A stretch of 64,000 bases of DNA from Eledone cirrhosa (lineage: Eukaryota): contig OZ024746.1 in assembly GCA_964016885.1 (NCBI GenBank), forward strand, positions 62,434,001 to 62,498,000, given 5' to 3'. A program made the position numbers and the translations under genes. A model generated the notes under the pieces. It saw nothing but the letters and a program-made list of their open reading frames with translations. It had not been told where the DNA came from and made no database searches. This document shows, piece after piece, positions 25,320 to 39,916 of this stretch. The stretch's first letter is position 1, and every line of letters starts with the position of its first letter.

Positions 25320-28300
25320 ATATATCATTTTCTGCAATCAGTAAATATATTAGTAAACAGCTTTGTTGTAGATATTTTCAAAGCAATGGAGAGGGTTGTA
25401 TGATGTTATGACCGGTAACATGATTTGGTGTAGGTAAGTAAGGACAGTGTAGTAGAAAATGCAGGCTTAGTAATTTTCTTTATGACCTATGCTAGCGTGG
25501 AAGATGGACGTTAAATGATGATGATGATAATGGTCAGAGTAAAGAGTGACAAAAACAAATTATTTTGCTTAGGAGAATGGGGAATACATTGTAGAACTAG
25601 CCTAGGGTGCTAAATACCCAGGTTTCAGTCTTGGGGTTGACATTTCATCAGTCACTAAATACATTTTTTCCACAAACATACTAATTATGAATCCACTATT
25701 ACTGGTGGTTTAAATAAACTTAAAAGTCCAATTTACATAATTAACACATTCTGGCCAACTGGTTTGATAAATAATTACTTGCTCAGTAACAAGGATTAGC
25801 CAACATTATAAGAGATAAATGTAAACACTGTCTTTAAGTATAATATTTCAATCATTATGACACCTAAACATTAAAACTAGGTCTAACTGATCCCTCTTTT
25901 TCAGTCAACAAAGATGTATATACAGATAAAATATTTACACCTGTCTATATACATAGTGTTGGCTAAAATTTCTAAAGATATATAATGTAGTACTTGGGGC
26001 ATGTATGTTAGCAGTTAGATTGTCTGGTTCATGATTGTAAGGTCTTGAGTTTGAGTCCTGCCCACACCAGGTGGCATGTTGTGTTCTTCAGCAAGACCCT
26101 GTACTTCACATTGCTCCAGTTCTAGTAACATAAAATAATCTGTTACAGAGGCAATCTCTCATTTCTCCACACCATGATGAGACGGAGCTGGCCATATTTT
26201 ACCGCATTAAAACAAAACACTCTACAATCATTATTAATTGAATAATCTTCATATCTATAAAGTGTAATTGTTCTCAGGAATGGTGTAACGTGAACATGGA
26301 GTTTACATACTTTTGTAAGAGTTTACCTTTGAACTCAAACAGTTCATTTAGTACTACAATATTGAAATTAAGATTTACCCAGGTCAATCAGATAAGTCTT
26401 TATTATATCTTCCTCTTTTACACACACACACACACTTCCTTAACAAATCACTAAAGTCACCACCAGCACCACAACCTTCCCTGCCACCAGCAGCAACTGT
26501 TAAAGTAAACATCGATAGATCTCATTCAACTCTAAAAGAAAAGATGAGATATCATCTTAGTAAATGTTCTTGGAGCTTATCCAATTTCATGTGAGGTTTT
26601 AATTAGCGGGAGGTGGGGGTTGTTTGGACTTTAATTTGTCTTACTTTTTACACTAAAACTAAAACAAACAAAACAGTTTTTAAAAAAATACTATTATTAT
26701 TGTTGCTATTATTATTATTATTATTTAATTAAACATGAAGCATTAGAAAGTCAATCTTTTGCCAATACACACATTTACTACAACAAATGAGCAATAAATA
26801 ATATAAAGATTACATTTGACTTGAAACAAGGCCAGGGGATTTTTTAAAAAAACTGATCCAAATATATAACTGGTATTTTCTTTAAAAAATTCACAAAAGA
26901 GGTTGTTACAGTTGTTTAGTACCAGGTCAGATCTGACCAAAAGATGCTCCAACCATGACAAAGCTATTTTATTTTCAAGTATAATTCATCTTGGACTACA
27001 TTAACAAATATGTCCTTCCATAATTTTAAAGATGCAATTTTAGGGAGATTTGGTTGCTATTTCTAGCCCGTAAGTCGGTTAGTCAACCATGTAGAGGCAC
27101 ATTAGCTGAAGGCACAAGGGTTGTGAGATTAAAGTGTTAGCCTACTGATCTCATGGTTATAAGTTCAAATCTTACTATCACTCGCATTATGTTCTTCCCT
27201 TGACCAAGGCACCTAAGGCTGCTTGCTCCATTGCATGAAACAAAATAGATTCCATTCACTATTTCATGGTTGAGTGGTTCTCAGTAGGAAGAGTATCCAG
27301 GTGTAAAGCCAATTACAACAGCACAAAACACCTCCACTCACACCCCATCCTTGTAAACAAGTTAAACTGGATGGAAAAACTGTAGGGAAATGAATGAGAG
27401 CTGTAAAGCAGACATAACAGTGTCATGTCTTGCTCTCTACATTATGATACCACTCCAGTAACTTAATAAGGCAGAAGACATAGAGACAGGCAGAAGGCAA
27501 ACAAACAAACAAAAACAAAACAAATGGAAAACATAAGGGATGAGAAAGAAGACAGAAAGAAGAAGTGTTGAAGATTGAAGCAGATAAATTGAGAAGAAAA
27601 CAGAAGATAAATAGAAGACATAAAATTAGAAGATAGATAGAAGCCATTAAACAGAAGATAGAAGCCATAAGACAGAAGATAGATAGAAGAAATCAGAAGA
27701 AAGATAGAAGTAATAGACCTAGAAAATACATAAAACAAAACAGGAAATACAAGTCATAAGATCAGAAAAGATATAGAAAAAAGATCAGAAGATAGAAGAA
27801 ATCAGAAGATAGAGAGATTAGAAAAGAAAAGAGAAAAGAAAAGTACAGATGAAAGAAGACTAAAAGAAGAAATGTGTCAAAATTGGATTAAGTAATCCAT
27901 GTAGATAGAGGGAAAGTCAAAACAGTTACATGTAATTAATTTGTAGTATGGACTAGATGAAGCAACACTTTAACACAGGAGGATCTATAACAGGATAACA
28001 TAAACATTAAAAAAATAAACACAAAGAGATGATGGAGCGGTGGGGGAATATAAAAATATATAGAAACAAATCATCACCACCACCATCATCATCTGATGAA
28101 GCTTGGTACAGGTTCAGAAACAAATAATCCTGTTGTAAATCACAGGAATTTATAAGACTAGTAATACACTTTCAGTAGCTTAATAATATCTATAGTCACC
28201 AAGTCTTATAGATGTTAGCAGATACACCTGGGGTGGGGGTGGGAGTGGGGTGATACAGTGGGATCCTGGTCATTGACCTGAGAGAGGTTCCTCTATCAAG

Positions 28301-28894
28301 CATTATGTGATTGTCACCATTGATCAATAGCTGATTCTTTAACTGAGATTACACATTCACCATCTTGCTTCCCATGGCTTTACCTGTGACTCTGGGCAGG
28401 GTGGCTGCCAAGGACTTTACCCTGCCAAAGACCATCCTCTGTTTGGACAGGGGTGGCTTAGGCCCATGTTCTCCACTAATCTTTATAACTTGACATTATT
28501 CTTCTATAAGGCTCTTTGGATATATGTAGGGCAAGAGCCCTCTCTTTCTCCTGATTCTACCAGTGTAATGTTAATACAATGAAACATTAATAGCCACACT
28601 TTTCACCTTCAAAATTACACTGTACATCTTCAACTTTCTCTCAAGTACCAGAAAAATCTGGTACTAAAGCTAGCTGAAGAAATTAAGTAAGTAGATATCA
28701 AGTGCTCTTCTAGAAAACAACAACAGAAAGAACCACACTAACAGCATATTTGAATTAACCCATTTGATACCAAACCTTCTGAAACCACCATAGATTTATG
28801 ATACAAAACTTCTCATTTTAAAATGTTTATCTTTATATTAAAACCTACCATTATAATTTTATTTTAGAGATTTTTGGTTATTTTCAAAATTAAT

Positions 28895-29116
28895 TTAATC
28901 CTTTATCATTTACATTACTCTATATTTACTATTTTCGCAGCAAAGGCTTTACCTCACATAATTATCTCATAATATCGAATCTATGAGATTTTGATATTAT
29001 CTATTTTGAAAATAATACCTTAATTTCGGTAAGTGAGGCTGGCTACGGCTGGTTTGAACAGAAAGAGGTGAGAGAATTCTGGCCAGATCCGGATGTTTTA
29101 AATACTAAAGGGTTAA
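28895..29116 (+). mobile_element. piggyBac-type MITE family 1, nested in a family-2 MITE (~28755-29190)
   Basis: TTAA at both ends, shared body. Confidence 0.8.
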
Positions 29117-29917
29117 ACATATAGATAGGGTATTTCATTAGTACCGAAAGGATGACTGAATGGAAATATGGTAATAATGAAAGGATTTATAATGCTATGG
29201 TGCAGCACATCTGATGTTACCATGCCAACCAACAATATAACACCACCACCAACAATGTACACACATACTCTCAGGTCGACTGAAGCTTTTGTGAGTAAAA
29301 TTAAATAGACAGAAGCTGTGTGGAAGCCTATCAGGTAGATAGTACATGTAATTCCATGATATCAAGCCATATCACATGTCTGTGGAATTTTCAACCACAT
29401 ACACTTAAATTTAACAAGTAGGATGTTCAGTTGAACAAATAACTAAATATTCACCATCAAATCTAAGAAAGGATCTATTTTGTGATAAATCTCACATTAA
29501 CTTACTGACAACACAATAACAATTCTGCTCCCTCATCCACACAAATTTACTAACAAACCTGATAAGTTGGTCTCTTCATAACAGAAGAGATTTTATGCAA
29601 GTTAGCAAGCCACATCTTAATACATGTTTATCTCCCCTGATAAGCTGGTATATTAAAAAACACCCCCCAAAACATACAACTCAAGTAAAATCAGTTTGCA
29701 GCTTAATGCAGCCAAACAAGCACATAATGATGGGGTGGGTTGGAGGTGGAGGATTAAAATAAAGTAATATAGAAAATAACTGAATGACTACACAACATAC
29801 AACTTGAAAACTTGCACACGCAGATACAGAAACAGACACACACACACACACACACACAGATATGCACCCACAAGTAGAACTTGAAAACTTTATACACACA
29901 GATACACATGCAGAGAG

Positions 29918-29992
<75 letters not shown>

Positions 29993-30049
29993 TATGCACC
30001 CACAAGTAGAACTTGAAAACTTTATACACACAGATACACATGCAGAGAG

Positions 30050-30084
<35 letters not shown>

Positions 30085-30271
30085 TAGAAATATAGACAAG
30101 TGCAGAAATGTGTGCACACACACAGATACGTACAGAGATACACAAACAGATCTATGCATTCGCATACATACATACATACACACAGATTCATATATATATA
30201 GTGAGATGCACAAAGAAACCCATACATACAAATATATACACCCAGATACATACATGTGCATATACACAAAT

Positions 30272-30330
<59 letters not shown>

Positions 30331-30493
30331 GAGAGGGAGAGAGAGACTCTCACTGTTCCTCCTAAGTACAAAACTATCTAAACAATTTTTAATGCCACAT
30401 TGAATATCAAAATAAACAACTAAAAACTTTTAATATGTCTTCAGAGATTTACACAGAATTAGAAATAGAGATATATAAAAATTCATCAACACA

Positions 30494-30620
30494 GGCATGG
30501 CTGCGTGGTTAAAGAGCTCGTTTTTACAGTCATGTAGTTCTAGGTTCAGTCCTGTTGTGCAGAACTTTAGATAATTGTCTTCTAGTATAGCTTCAGGCTG
30601 ATCAATGTCTTGTGAGTAGT
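30494..30620 (+). mobile_element. Degraded head of a third tRNA-derived SINE
   Basis: GGCATGGCTGCGTGGTTAA A-box-like and GGTTCAGTCC B-box-like motifs, then TGTCTTCTAGTATAGC...TTGTGAGT. Confidence 0.55.
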
Positions 30621-31076
30621 GTCAAAGACATGACACTCTCTAGTGCTAGTGTCACAAAATAATTTGCACCCGCTAGACTGTGGGATTTATATGTAAGCAA
30701 AATGCATACCCCCTTCTCCGCCAGGAAGGTCAGTAGCCCCACATGAGTACTGGCTCATTCTGTGAAAACACATCCATCCATTGCTAACAGGGAAAATGGA
30801 CATTAAATGGTGATATATATACGGAGTGTCCCACCCAAAATATATACACACTTCAACTGCATTCTAATAAAAGTGTGTATACATTGTTGGGGATGCTGTG
30901 TGTGTGTATATATATACACACACACACATATATGACAGAGGAACACAGGGCTGAGTTGACTGGTGATATGCACCGTGCAGGATTGTATGTAAGCGAGATG
31001 AGGTCCAAGATCTGAAAGATCAGTGGCTCAGATTAAATACTGACTTGGTTTGCGAGGACACATTCAATGTGTGTGT

Positions 31077-31115
<39 letters not shown>

Positions 31116-32168
31116 GTGTGTGCATTGTGCATGTCTATATTGTCTCAGTGTTTATGTCTCATATCTCAGCTGTCCAACAAAAAAAAAAGGGGGATGGAAT
31201 AATTACCAGACTTTAAAAAAAATAAGTAGTGTGGTCAACATAGATACATATATCCTAAATCAGGGTGGTCGTGGTGGTATAGCATGGCCACAGTCTAGTG
31301 ACTGAAGTGTGGTCGATACATAGATACTAAATCAGGGTGGTGGTGTAGTATGGCCACAGTCTAACAACTGAAGTGTGGTTAACACAACACATAGACACAG
31401 ATACTAAATCACGGTGGTGGTGTAGCATGGCCACAGTCAATTGACTGAAACTCTCAGTGAAAGAGTTAAAGGAATAAGTATGAAACTATAAACCTGACTC
31501 TATAAAACAGGAATCAGTATCAACAAAGACAACAACAACAACAACCATAATAACAACAATAACAACAGCTCTACTCACTTCTAACATTTTATGTAAACAT
31601 TAAAATAAATATGAAAAAAAACAAAAAAAAACAACAAATAGGAAAAGACAGTAGCAATGTGTTGTGAATGTATTCTACAATGAAATAAAGTCTAAAAGTT
31701 CTTTACAGTTTCAGAAATGTTAAGTGTTTTAGGATTGAAATATATTTTTCAACAGGGTTGGTAATACTTCTTTAATAGATTATCAGTTGAAGTGGTTATG
31801 TATGTGGTTTGTGTGGTTGCGTGTATGAGTGTGTGGTTGTGTGTGTGTGTGTTTCTGTAGTTGCGTGTGTGAGTGTGTGTGTGATTGCATGTGTGTGAAC
31901 GCATGTGCATGTGTATGTGTAAGTGTTAAGTGTGTGTGTGTCTTGGTTGAATAAGATAGAAAAGGCAAAACTTGAAGTTCCAGTGAACCCAATATGTATA
32001 ATATATGAGATGTTAGTGATTGGATAAGAGGAGTGATGGAAATGAATGTGGAAGGAAGTAGATGAAGAGGAAGACCAAGGATGAAAGATGATGGGGAGGA
32101 GGAAATGAAAGTCAAGGAGTTGGTGAGGCAGAATACAACTGAAAAGTTTGTCATAAGGTCCTGGAGGT

Positions 32169-32393
32169 TTAACCCTTTAGCATTCACATTATTTTATATA
32201 TACTATTATATTTTCATAGTAAAAGCTTTACCTCACATAATTATCTCATATAATATCGAATCTATGAGATTTTGAAAGTATTATTTTGAGAACAATACCT
32301 TAACATCAGTTTGAGCAACCAGTTAGACAGTTTCAACAGAAAGAGGTAGAGAATTCTGGCCAGTTTTGGCTGGTTTGGACACTAAAGGGTTAA
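32169..32393 (+). mobile_element. piggyBac-type MITE family 1
   Basis: TTAA-CCCTTTAG ... CTAAAGGG-TTAA. Confidence 0.85.
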
Positions 32394-34096
32394 ACCCTAT
32401 TGTAGTAGGGGAAAGTAACCATAAAACACATTGTTTGTGTATATACATACACATATGTAAAATATATATCATAGTACAGTAAAACCTGGTACATTTCAAC
32501 AGAAATATCCCACCTCCTCAGTATTGAAGTCCACTTGAATGATCTCCCTTTACATCTATGTCATCTTTACATGGTGAAACACATGCCAGTCTCAGTACTA
32601 TGGTTGATATAATCAACTAAAACAAAGTGAAGCTCCAGCATGGTCGCAGTCTAATGACAAACCACACCTGGTACTATGATACAAAACTGTATATTTGTTT
32701 ATCATCATCATCATTTAATATCCAAACTAAAGTGTAGTTACTGACCTCCAAGACAGGCCAGGGATTTGCATCTTGCTTACATTTAGTTCCACGTTCTACT
32801 GAGTGCATTTTATAATGGCATGAGCATTATAGAAGTTGTCATGTCTTTGACACAACTGAAGGGTCCTTCCAACCCTTTGTTTAGTGAGCTTTCTATGGCT
32901 GAATGTCCTTCCTATCATACACCACTTTACAGTATGTACTGTATGTGTTTAAATGTAGATCTAGGGAAGTTGTCATGTCCTTTACACAACTGAAGTGTCC
33001 TCATAATTATCTATAAAGCTCCTGTTATAATTTCATATAAGAACCTTTGTTAAGTTATGTTCGAAACATTAGGTTAATAATGACAAAGTTATATTACAAA
33101 ATCCCCAAAATTTGTGATTATTTTCAAAATTATTCAAAAAGCTTAGGCAGTCTGTTTCTTTAGAAATGTGGTAACAAAGTGTTTAATGAAAATAATAATT
33201 TGGTCATCTTATTAAATTCCCAGAATCATGTTTACTTTCTCTACAAAGAATGAAGTGTGGTATTTAATGTTTAACATGTCATGTAAAACGACTTCTTACA
33301 CCAGAAGTTTATGTATTTTGGGATTTTGTTTCTAAAGCAGTAAACAATATCAGATTGGAAAGACTGTTCTGGGATAAATATAGAAAATACTTTTATCAAC
33401 ACAAGAGCTATTCCTGAAATATTCACATCAAAACTTCCACAAAGCACAAACATAAAAGCTGTTATAATTGCTTCGAACAGAAAAGAGCTGGGGTAGAGTA
33501 TGTTATGGTAAGTGAACTGGTGGTACTAAGCTTTTCAAACTCTATAAAGTGTAACCTGGTAGAAGTTGAACTTAGAAGCTAGTGGCTACAATGTACAATA
33601 CAACAGAAGTATATGCCTGTAACTTCTTTATAAGAGCTGATGGTTATTGCCAACCAAATATGAGTAATCTAAGAACCTGACTCATTCACAGAATATATAT
33701 TTGACCTCCCACCCCATTTTCAACACACACACCTGCATCTCTAAGAACATGAGGTGCTAATCGAGAAATGAAATTAAAACTAATTTCCTGAGATCTGAAC
33801 TTTGACACTTCACTGATTAGATCATGCTAAATTTCCAAGAATTTACATAATGAAACATTAAGATACCGATTAAAGTTTTGTAGCAAGTACAGAAATATGA
33901 AACCACTGTCATTAGACATGCCCAAGCTAATCCAAGCTAATCATTGGATGTTCTGTTGCTTTAACCCTTTTGTTACCATATTTCTAATAAAAGACACTGC
34001 TGAGCATTTTCAAATAATTTTGAAAATAGTCAGGAATTATTAAAGCATAACATGTTTTACATAAAATTAACATAAAATTATGATGGAAGGTTTTTT

Positions 34097-34291
34097 TTAA
34101 CTCTTTAGCATTTCCATTACTCTATATTTACTATTGTAGACACTTTACCTCACATAATATCGAATCTACAAGATTTTAATATTATTTATTTTGAGAACAA
34201 TACCTTAACATATGTATGAGCAGCCATTTATATCCGGTTTGTACAGAAAGAGGTGAGAGAATTCTGGTTGATTTAAAGGTTAAAGGGTCAA
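34097..34291 (+). mobile_element. piggyBac-type MITE family 1, nested in a family-2 MITE starting at 33961
   Basis: Shared body with degenerate TIRs. Confidence 0.78.
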
Positions 34292-37145
34292 AGTAAACAG
34301 CTTTGTAATATAGAACTAAAGGTGATTTCAAGCATTGTGAAGGTGTGTGGCTTAGTGGTTAAATTCCTGCACCAGATGGCATGTTGTGCTCTTGAGCAAG
34401 ATGCTTTATTTTCACGTTGCTCCAGTGGCCTGAGCACTTATCATCTATTTCAACTGTATTAACGATATCAAAATCTCTCATAACAGAACAAAATGATCTG
34501 TTGCTGGGGCTGTCTCTAGTTTCTCCACACCAGGATGAGATGGAGCTGGCCTTTGTTTCAAAATGGTTAGCATAAAATGATGCTCACAGAAGCATATGTA
34601 AAGTAATGTAGACGACAGTGGGAGAGAAATACTGAATGTTGCAGCACACAACTGTATCAATGGGAACTAAATATGAAGTAGATAGATGGAGCCTTTATAT
34701 CATTACTTGACCTGCTAGAAATATAAGCCAAATATCCTTTAAATCAAACCCTACTGTCTTAATGAAGGATTTATTGGATCACTGTGTCAGAGAATAAGAC
34801 AGGTTAGACATGACTGGAATAACTTTGATCATCAGTTTGGTTAATCAAGGCTGACTTGGAGTTTAACTCTTTTTGTATAAAACTACTTGAAAATGCCTCT
34901 GGTTCTACAATACAAAACTATTTGTTTTATAGTGTTTATGTTTATCTAAAACCCTTCCACCATAATTTAATGTAAGAAACTTTAAGTTATGTTCCAACCA
35001 CTAGCTTAATAATATCAAAGTCCATCCTTTTCTAGCAGGGAAAATGGACATTAAATAATACTAAATTTTACTAAATCCGTCCAGATTCTTCATTATCTTC
35101 AAAATTAGTTGAAAATCATTGGTAGTGCCTTTCATTAGAAATATAGTAGAATCTTGGCTTCCAAAAGAAATGGAAATATTAAAACTGGAAGCATGCTGAA
35201 TTCAATTCAAAGAAGCATTTTTAAAGGAAGCAGGAGCAAAGTCATTGTGATGGAGAAGAAACCATTGTATATACACTAACATAGAAATACAGAATATTGT
35301 CAAGACCCCCACACACACCTTAAACGAAACTTCATCTATGCTCAACACATCAAGTATATTGGACATGTATGCTGAGCAGAAAATACAATATACACAATGC
35401 ACAAAGAAATTATTGTTTGTCAAACCAACCAGAAGATATTTCTAGGATCCATGGTTGAAGTATGCAGAAATTCTAAAGCTGACTGTTGATTAATCAAAGA
35501 CATTAGCACAATCAAAATCTGAGTTCAAGTTGGTCAATGAAACCAGCTTGCCTCAAGGATTTCAATGAAGTTGATAAAGGATCTCTCAGAAAAAGTGATG
35601 AGAGGGTAAATAAAAACACTAGTAGGTTTCCTGAGATAATTTAAATATGAACATCAATTAGAGGTTTTGTTTAATAAAACTATAAATGGTTTCAGGTGGG
35701 TTGGTATTAAAAGAATTAAGAAAAATAATTTAAATCCAGAATAAAAAAAAAAATCTGTTGTAAGCCTGCATCCATAAACGAGTAATCCAATGGAATATAC
35801 AATATTTTCTATAAATAGTCCAGCAAAATTCACTTTCTACAAGAAATCATGAAAATAAATTTCATTTTGAAAGACAAACCTTCTAAGTAACAAAATATAG
35901 AGTGAAGAATATTGGAGGAGGGGAAAAAAACAAAAACCAAATAAGTTCCAAATTGCTTAAGTGTACATTTTTATTGGATTGCTTGGGTAATTTTTTGATT
36001 TATTTTCTTTTGCCAGAAAATTTAAAAAAAATCAACAAACAAAAAATAATAATAATTACAATGATAAACTAATTCCTTCTTAAAATAGGATAAACCAATT
36101 ATTTTGGCAATTTTTACTCTAATTTTTTTTTTAGTTTTTTATTTATTTATTTGCTCATTTTTTTTTTGCAGAGGCAATGGTGGAGAAATTAGATTTAAGA
36201 AGAGATTTATAAAACTAAATTAATATGATAAAACCATTAATAACTCTAAAAACAATTTCACTTCATTTTATCAAATGCCACAAGCAAAATGAAAGCAGAC
36301 ATAACAGCAAAAATTAACTCCAGTATCTTTACGCAACGCTAGCAGTAAAGTTATCAATTCTTTTGCAACAAACAGTCTGCCAAATTTTATTATTAATCTG
36401 CATTTCTTGGGAAAACAAATTCCCCAATGAAACAATAAAATCACAAAGAAACAACACAATGACAACACTGGCAACTTGACTCAAGTGGATTAAAAAGTAT
36501 ATTATCTATTTCTCTATCAACCTATCTATCCATCGATACACCTGCTAGTGAGTATAGCTTAACTAGCTATATAAAACAGACAAGATGACAAATATTTTAT
36601 ACACTTGACACCAGCTGATTATATATTACATATTTGTTTATCTACCCACACACACCTGTGAGTGAATAACAACTAGCTAGCTATATAAAACACACATAAA
36701 ATGGTAAACATCTTATATACTTCAGAAAATTAAATGATCTACTATGTAGATGTGCGTGCACACATACACTCATATATATACACACACAAACACACACACA
36801 CACACACAAATTTACTCATATTCTTAGAACATGGCTATGATACTTTAGCAAAGTATGTATTGGCTGATGAAACTTAATGAACAAAGCCTTTGCTGAAACA
36901 CCATGGTCATGTTGTAAGAATATGAAAGAATATATTCTACAATACTATTTTTTAAATCTTAAGCTCTTGCTCATTTGTTGATTGCTATAATCCCCATATC
37001 AGAACCATATATATTTCAGTGTTGTGCTTCTCTGGCAAGTAACTTGATCTCTGAGACTGTGTGTTGAAACTAAAGCCATTAGAGCATGGAAGAGTAATTT
37101 TAGCCACTCAAAAATACATAAAAACTTCCATTATTTAACATTTAA

Positions 37146-37620
37146 AGGGCAGTAGTTTGGCAGTATCGGTAGAGCGTCAGACACCATGCTTTGCAGCATA
37201 GAGTTATGGTCCTTTATGGTCTGAGTTCAAATCCCGCCGAGGTTAACTTTGCCTTTCATCCATACGGGGGTCGATAAAATAAAGCACCAGTAATACACTG
37301 GGATAATTGCTGGCCTTGTGCTAAATGTAGCAACAATTATTTAACATTTATCACTCATTTCCTGGTGTTAATATTTTCAGCTTATATTTCAGTCAATATT
37401 GTAAGGGTGGTGGATTGGCAGTATTGTTAGAGCGTTGGACACCATGCTTTATGGCACAGGGTTTCGCCCCTTTACGATATGAGTTAAAATCCTGCCGAAG
37501 TTAGCTTTACCTTTCATTCTTACAGGGTCGATAAAAGTACCAGCAATGCACTGCGATTGATTTAATCGTCTTTCCCCTGCCCCCAAATAGTTGGTCTTGT
37601 GCCTAAAGTAGAAACCAATA
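37146..37620 (+). mobile_element. Two tandem SINE family 2 copies (37146-37340, 37404-37620)
   Basis: Both match the family-2 consensus. Confidence 0.82.
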
Positions 37621-37797
37621 TTTTCAGCCTACTGTTTTGTGTGACCTAGTTACTGACAGTTCCACTGTCACTCAATTGAGTTGCAGTGGTGGCTATAATG
37701 ACTCTTCCATGTTGTAATTACTTTAGTTTCAACACATGGTCTCAGATTAAGTCATGTTTCCTGACAAGTACAATGCTCATATATATATATATAATTA

Positions 37798-38148
37798 TGG
37801 AGGCACATGGCTTAGTGGTTAGAGCATTGGCCTTGCAAACGAAAGGTTGTGAGTTCAATTCTCAGACCGGGTGATGTGTTGTTTCCTTGAGCAAGACACT
37901 TTATTTCACATTGCTCCAGTTTACTCAGCTGTAGAAATGAGATGATAGGGACTAGGGTCCATATCATTCCACTGTAAAGTGGTCGTGGAGGTGCCACGGC
38001 AAAAAAGTACCCAGCACTCACTGTAAATGAGGTTGGTGTTAGGAAGGGCATCCAGTTGTAGAAATCAAGCCAGAATCAGTTCCTGTGCCACCCTTGCAAG
38101 CAGGGAAAAAGCGGACGTAAAATGATGATGATGATGATGATGATGATG
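37798..38148 (+). mobile_element. tRNA-derived CORE-type SINE with an RTE-B-derived 3' tail, full length
   Basis: A-box TGGCTTAGTGG, B-box GAGTTCAATTC, CORE-like CCTTGAGCAAGACACTT...CTCAGCTGTAGAAATG, and a tail matching the RTE-B 3' UTR followed by (GAT)n. Confidence 0.88.
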
Positions 38149-38284
38149 TGCACACGCGTAGGTGTGCGTGTACAGATCCAAATGCAAGCAAGACAGGAAG
38201 GTCGGTGGGGAGGTGCTGCTTACATACAGTAAAACAGTTGATGGTGAGTGGTGTCCAGATGAAACACTATGAAACTGTAGACAC

Positions 38285-38467
38285 AGTTGTTTCTACGTTA
38301 GGCACAAGGCCAGCAATTACCCAGTGCATTACTGATACTTCATTTTATCGACCCCGTAAGGATGAAAGGCAAAGTCAACCTCAGCAGGATTTGAACTCAG
38401 ATCGTAAAGGGACGTAACTATGTTGGAAAGCATGGCGCCCCACTCTCTACCGATACTGCCAATCCAC
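38285..38467 (-). mobile_element. SINE family 2 copy
   Basis: Reverse complement of the family-2 consensus. Confidence 0.82.
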
Positions 38468-38535
38468 AATGCTTGACTTTTCAGTAAATCAAGCATGATA
38501 ATGAACATTATTTCCAATAAACAGCTATCTATTAT

Positions 38536-38587
<52 letters not shown>

Positions 38588-39044
38588 ATAGTACAAGATG
38601 GGAGTTATGGGGATGTTGGAATATGAGAAAGGGAGAAATGGAAAGTGGGGGATATGAGAATCAGCACTAAATGTGGGGTGGTGGTGGTAGTGGTGGTGGG
38701 GTGGGGTTATGTGGTACATTTGCTGAGAATATGACTAGCAATTAGTAATATCAGAAATAGGACAGTCAATGTAAAACTATTCTGGGATGGTGATGACAAT
38801 GATGATGATGACAGTAACGGAGATGGTGATAAGTAAATAAAGATGGTAGTGTTAGTGTTGGTAGTAGTGGTGGAGATAGGTAGATGTGGTGGTAGTAGTA
38901 GTGTTAGTGGTAATGATGATGATGGTGTTAGTGTTAATAGTGGCAGTGATGATGTGGCGTTAGTGGTGGAGATGGTGTTGGTGTTAGTAGCAGGGATGGT
39001 GTTAATGGTGATGATGGTGGCAGTGATGATGGTGGTGGTGGTGG

Positions 39045-39340
39045 TGGTGGTGGTTGTGATAATGGTGGTAGCAATGATGGCGATGTTGGTAGTCCTAGTT
39101 ATAATTCATGTGGTGGTGGTGGTGGTTGTGATAATGGTGGTAGCAATGATGGCGATGTTGGTAGTCCTAGTTATAATTCATGTGGTGGTGGTGGTGGTTG
39201 TGATAATGGTGGTAGCAATGATGGCGATGTTGGTAGTCCTAGTTATAATTCATGTGGTGGTGGTGGTGGTTGTGATAATGGTGGTAGCAATGATGGCGAT
39301 GTTGGTAGTCCTAGTTATAATTCATGTGGTGGTGGTGGTG
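39045..39340. repeat. Four copies of a 72-bp tandem repeat within GGT/GAT low-complexity sequence
   Basis: Unit contains GATAATGGTGGTAGCAATGATGGCGATGTTGGTAGTCCTAGTTATAATTCATGT. Confidence 0.9.
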
Positions 39341-39445
39341 GTGTTGGTGCTCATAATCCAGGGAAGATTAAGCAGCTAATTCTAAAAGATCCATAAATCA
39401 AGCTTAAATAACTCTAGTCTGATACTCTAACAATTCTGTACTGCC

Positions 39446-39916
39446 TTAACCCTTTGATACCATCCCTGGTTCTATGATGTAGAGATGTTTATTCTACTGT
39501 CTATATTTATCTAAAAGAATAACTTCCCTTGTAATTTTAAGTAAGAACTTTACTTAACCCTTTAGCATTTAAACCGGCCATATCCGGCCAGAATTCTCTC
39601 ACCCCATTCTCTTCAGACCAGTTGTAATCAACTGTTCATATCGACGTTAAGGTATTGCTCTCAAAATAAATAATACATAAAAATCTCATAGTTTTGATAC
39701 TATGTGAGCTAATTATGTAAGATAAAACCTCTTCTACAATAGTAAATATAGAGTAATATAAATGCTAAAGGGTTAAGTTATGTTTCAAACAACAACTTAA
39801 AAATGGGAAAATTAATTAGTTGCATTACTAAATCCCTCCAAATTCTTGGTTTTTCAAAATCCTTTGAAAATGGTAGGTAGTGTCTTTCATTAGAAAGATG
39901 GTAATGAAAGGGTTAA
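39446..39916. mobile_element. piggyBac-type MITE family 2 (TTAACCCTTTGATACC...GGTAATGAAAGGGTTAA) containing a family-1 MITE at 39554-39776
   Basis: The outer and inner elements each have TTAA-flanked TIRs. Other family-2 remnants lie near 33000-33185, 34862-35150, 52130-52297 and 60770-60995. Confidence 0.82.

Noticed and set aside
37798-37870. tRNA genes at SINE heads
   Set aside because: A and B boxes are present, but I could not draw a full cloverleaf and the sequence continues into SINE bodies.
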